Source: an uncultured Thiomicrospira sp.
Lineage (GTDB): Bacteria; Pseudomonadota; Gammaproteobacteria; CAKMZV01
Reading direction: 5' to 3'
DNA length: 64,000 bases
NCBI GenBank assembly: GCA_965195345.1
Contig: OZ239628.1
Location: forward strand, 960,001 to 1,024,000
A program made the position numbers and the translations under genes. Below the pieces are notes generated by a model. It ran no database searches, was not told the DNA's origin, and saw only the letters and a program-made list of their open reading frames with translations. Of the stretch, positions 61,085 through 64,000 are shown one piece after another (positions within the stretch are counted from its first letter, which is position 1; each line of letters starts with the position of its first letter).

Positions 61085-62376
61085 ATATCTTCTCCTTTCT
61101 CTTCAACTGTTCCTTCTCTTGTGATTGAAAACGATTTCAATGCCTGTGTTCTCATAGACTCTTCTTTGTATTTCAGATAAGTGTCTTCAATGTGTTTGAT
61201 ACTTGTTCCTGCAAGTTTTGAAATATCAATGATATTCACACCACTCATAACACGCATTGTTATTCCAAAGTGTCTTAACGAATACCAAGTCAGATTTCTT
61301 TCCTCTTTCCACTCTTTAAGACTGATACCAATTCCAGTCATTAAATTTCTCCAATGTTTTGCATACTTCTGTGCAGAAATTGTTGCAGTTCCATTTACAG
61401 ATGCAAAAACTAAATCATCTTTACCTGTGAACTTCTGTCGTTTCTTCAATCTTTCAAAATACTCACCACCTCTACAGATGATTTTTCTATTTGATTTAAC
61501 TTTTGATGTTTCTGCACGAACATTGATATGTGCAAGAAGATGTTGTTTCTCATTTTCATCAAAGACTCGTTCAATCTTTTGCACATCTTTCCATTTCAAC
61601 TGTCTTAATTCCCCTACTCTCATGCATGAGTTAGATGAGATGAGAACATAATCTCTGATTATCATTCGTTCTAATTGTTCTGATTCATCAGTATTGTTCT
61701 TATCTGCAACATAACTTCTCATGAAACGAATCAGATTGTCGTATTCTTCAAGAGTGAATGTATCTCTTTTTCCAACATCATCTTTTCTGATACTGATTTT
61801 CTTAAAATCAAATTCATCAAAATGAGATATGTTCAAACGATAAAGAAACTTCATCATGTGATTGATTGTTGATTGTTCATTTCTGATTGTGATGTCAGTT
61901 GCATCTTTGAGTTTTTTTCTCAATCGTTGATATTCAAAGATTGAACTTCTATCAAGTTCTGCAACTTTCGTATTCTTACCAACGATTTTCATGAAGTGTT
62001 TTAACTGTGTGCGAATCGTAGTCCAACGACCTTGAACGATTGTATTTCCGATGTCTTTCTCTCTGTCTTCTAGATACAAATCAATTGCAGTTTCAACAGT
62101 CATTCCAAAGACTTTCTTTCCTTGTTTTACATTCGTAGATAACTCCATTCCTAACTCTCTTCCACGAATGAGTGCAGTTTCTAAATCTTTTGTTCTTAAT
62201 GACTTACGATAGTGTTTCTGTTCTTCCTTGATATACATTCTGAACTGAAAAACATCACCACTCTGTTTGACTCTAAACACTTGTGCGAGTCCATCTAGAA
62301 TGTCGTGTTGACTATGAAGATTATTACCTTTTGATACTCTTTTTTTTCTCATTTTTACAATGTTTCGTAATAACAA
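61081..62376 (-). CDS. Tyrosine recombinase/integrase (start may be ATG 62352)
   Basis: CMRVGE (R), SK (K), YSLRH, AGTS, DTY (Y); N-terminal RKSLRTKD arm-binding-like region; adjacent to the guaA 3' end. Confidence 0.9.
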   Translation of the reverse strand: MLLRNIVKMRKKRVSKGNNLHSQHDILDGLAQVFRVKQSGDVFQFRMYIKEEQKHYRKSLRTKDLETALIRGRELGMELSTNVKQGKKVFGMTVETAIDLYLEDREKDIGNTIVQGRWTTIRTQLKHFMKIVGKNTKVAELDRSSIFEYQRLRKKLKDATDITIRNEQSTINHMMKFLYRLNISHFDEFDFKKISIRKDDVGKRDTFTLEEYDNLIRFMRSYVADKNNTDESEQLERMIIRDYVLISSNSCMRVGELRQLKWKDVQKIERVFDENEKQHLLAHINVRAETSKVKSNRKIICRGGEYFERLKKRQKFTGKDDLVFASVNGTATISAQKYAKHWRNLMTGIGISLKEWKEERNLTWYSLRHFGITMRVMSGVNIIDISKLAGTSIKHIEDTYLKYKEESMRTQALKSFSITREGTVEEKGEDI

Positions 62377-62412
62377 CAGAAAGTTTGCACTTATCTTTGT
62401 ATCTACAGAATC

Positions 62413-62442
62413 ATTATACTATGAAAATACAGTCAAAATCAA
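62413..62442 (-). promoter_or_regulatory. Putative sigma70 promoter of the integrase, overlapped by an IHF-consensus site
   Basis: TTGATT-N18-TATAAT on the - strand; AATCAAAAGTTTG at 62437-62449 on the + strand. Confidence 0.5.
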
Positions 62443-62518
62443 AAGTTTGTATGAAGTTTGTATGAAAGAAATCCCTTAAAATCAACACTTTCAGATGATT
62501 TTGTTATTCCCACTCTAT
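62443..62518. repeat. guaA-proximal att site: tandem 11-bp arm repeats, IHF-like box and core
   Basis: AAGTTTGTATG x2 (62443-62464), AATCAACACTTTC (62480-62492), TATTCCCACTC (62505-62515). Confidence 0.8.
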
Positions 62519-64000
62519 TGTTGCTGGAGGCTTGCCTGAAATGTCGTAAACTACTCGTGCCACTTCGGGGACTTCATTGATAATCCTATTTGATACGTAT
62601 CCAAGTAAGTCATATGGTAAGTGCGCCCAAACAGCGGTCATAAAGTCAACAGTCGTAACTGCTCTCAAGGCAACAACGTAGCCAAAACGTCGAGCATCTC
62701 CAACAACACCTACGGATTTAATCGGCATGAAAACGGTAAATGCTTGTGATGTTTTTTCGTAATAATTTTTTTTATGTAATTCTTCAATAAAAATTGCGTC
62801 GCATCGTCTAAGAATGTCAGTATACTCTGCTGTTACTTCACCAATAATGCGCACGGCTAATCCCGGACCAGGGAAAGGATGGCGGTGCAATAAGTCTTTA
62901 TCTAGCCCTAAATGTGCGCCTATCTTGCGGATTTCATCTTTAAATAATTGGCGCAAAGGTTCGAGTAATTTCAAATTTAATTTATCGGGTAATCCGCCTA
63001 CGTTATGATGCGATTTGATGGTTTTTGCATTAGCGTTTGTATTGCCAGCAGATTCAATAACATCAGGATAAATAGTACCCTGAGCAAGGTAACTTATTTG
63101 TTTTTTTTCTTTTGCGTAGTCTTCAAAAACTTCGATGAAACTGCGTCCGATGATTTTACGTTTTTTTTCAGGATCTTCGACTCCTTTAAGCGCGCTGATG
63201 AATTTTTCTTCAGCATTGATGAAGTCCACTTTGATTCCTAGGAGATTGGCAAATAGTGCTTTAACTTGTTCTTCTTCGAACAAGCGGAGCAAACCATTGT
63301 TCACAAAGACACATTGCAGTCGATCACCGATGGCTTTGTGTAAAAGTAGCGCTGCAACTGAAGAATCTACGCCTCCAGATAACGCTAAGAGTACGTGTTC
63401 ATCAGCTTTAATTGTTTGTTGTAGATTGTTGATGATGTCCGCAGTAATATCGCTCGTTTTCCAATGGTTATCACAGCGGCAGATTTGCAGGGCAAAGCGT
63501 TCAAGAATGTTTTGCCCTTGAATAGTATGTGTAACCTCAGGATGAAACTGGATGGCGTACAGGTTTTTCTCTATATTGGCCATTCCTGCAAGAGGGCAGG
63601 AATCGGTCGAAGCCATGCAAACAAATCCAGGTGGCAATTTGGTTACTTGATCTCCGTGGCTCATCCAAACATCTAATAAGCCATGCCCGTGCTCATTGTG
63701 TCTATCTTCTATGTCTTTCAATAATGGAGTGTGTCCGCGCGCTCGAACTTCAGCGTGTCCGTATTCATGTTTAGCTGAGGATTTTACAGCGCCCCCAAGT
63801 GTTTGAGCCATTAACTGCATGCCGTAACAAATACCAAGTATAGGAATATTCAGTAGGAATAATCCTTGAGGAGCAGATAGTGATTGATCTCCATAAACCG
63901 ATTCGGGTCCTCCAGATAAAATAATCCCAGCAGGGTTGAAATCTTTTATTGAATCAATGGTGCAGTTGTGCGAATACACTTCGCAATAAACACCAATTTC
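62504..64000 (-). CDS. guaA: GMP synthase (start lies beyond the window end)
   Basis: [42 protein letters not shown]. Confidence 0.97.
   Translation of the reverse strand, partial: EIGVYCEVYSHNCTIDSIKDFNPAGIILSGGPESVYGDQSLSAPQGLFLLNIPILGICYGMQLMAQTLGGAVKSSAKHEYGHAEVRARGHTPLLKDIEDRHNEHGHGLLDVWMSHGDQVTKLPPGFVCMASTDSCPLAGMANIEKNLYAIQFHPEVTHTIQGQNILERFALQICRCDNHWKTSDITADIINNLQQTIKADEHVLLALSGGVDSSVAALLLHKAIGDRLQCVFVNNGLLRLFEEEQVKALFANLLGIKVDFINAEEKFISALKGVEDPEKKRKIIGRSFIEVFEDYAKEKKQISYLAQGTIYPDVIESAGNTNANAKTIKSHHNVGGLPDKLNLKLLEPLRQLFKDEIRKIGAHLGLDKDLLHRHPFPGPGLAVRIIGEVTAEYTDILRRCDAIFIEELHKKNYYEKTSQAFTVFMPIKSVGVVGDARRFGYVVALRAVTTVDFMTAVWAHLPYDLLGYVSNRIINEVPEVARVVYDISGKPPATIEWE

Larger units (their letters stand above)
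58428..62518. mobile_element. About 4.1-kb integrative element at the guaA 3' end (integrase, resolvase, HUH-Rep-like gene, small ORFs)
   Basis: Bounded by TCCCACT cores, shared AAGTTTGTAT arm repeats at both ends, sharp compositional boundaries. Confidence 0.85.

Noticed and set aside
58472-62525. GG absence explained by low GC content or a sequencing artefact
   Set aside because: CC is common on the same strand, AT-rich flanks contain GG, ORFs are intact, and the boundaries coincide with the att sites

Overview
64 kb from an AT-rich proteobacterial chromosome, most likely a marine gammaproteobacterium (inferred from gene content). 1-31 kb is mostly housekeeping: tkt, thiE, tusA, icd, plsY, moaC, cfa, a BacNav-like channel, two cyclophilins, gltX, queH, tRNA-His, yoaA-tsaB, lpxH, nth-rnfEGDCBA, metG, plsC, an M48 protease and sbcB. 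31.3-40.6 kb is a compact DHPS (sulfopropanediol) catabolic cluster (TRAP hpsKLM-like, suyAB, hpsNOP, GMC oxidoreductase). 40.8-49.4 kb encodes a 2848-aa lysine-free cadherin-repeat surface protein. 51.8-62.5 kb is an accreted island at the 3' end of guaA: a type I R-M system, a merC/GDCCVxC mini-module, and a ~4.1-kb element carrying a tyrosine integrase, a serine recombinase, an HUH-Rep-like gene and small ORFs. The standout observation is that this 4.1-kb element has almost no GG dinucleotide on the + strand: from 58472 to 62525 I found only one non-coding GGGG. As a result its + strand proteins contain no Gly or Trp and its - strand recombinases contain no Pro, even at family-conserved positions. 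It also lacks GATC/GTAC/AGC and has T4-type late-promoter motifs. I interpret it, as a hypothesis, as an undescribed rolling-circle satellite shaped by strand-specific selection. All motif counts were made by eye.
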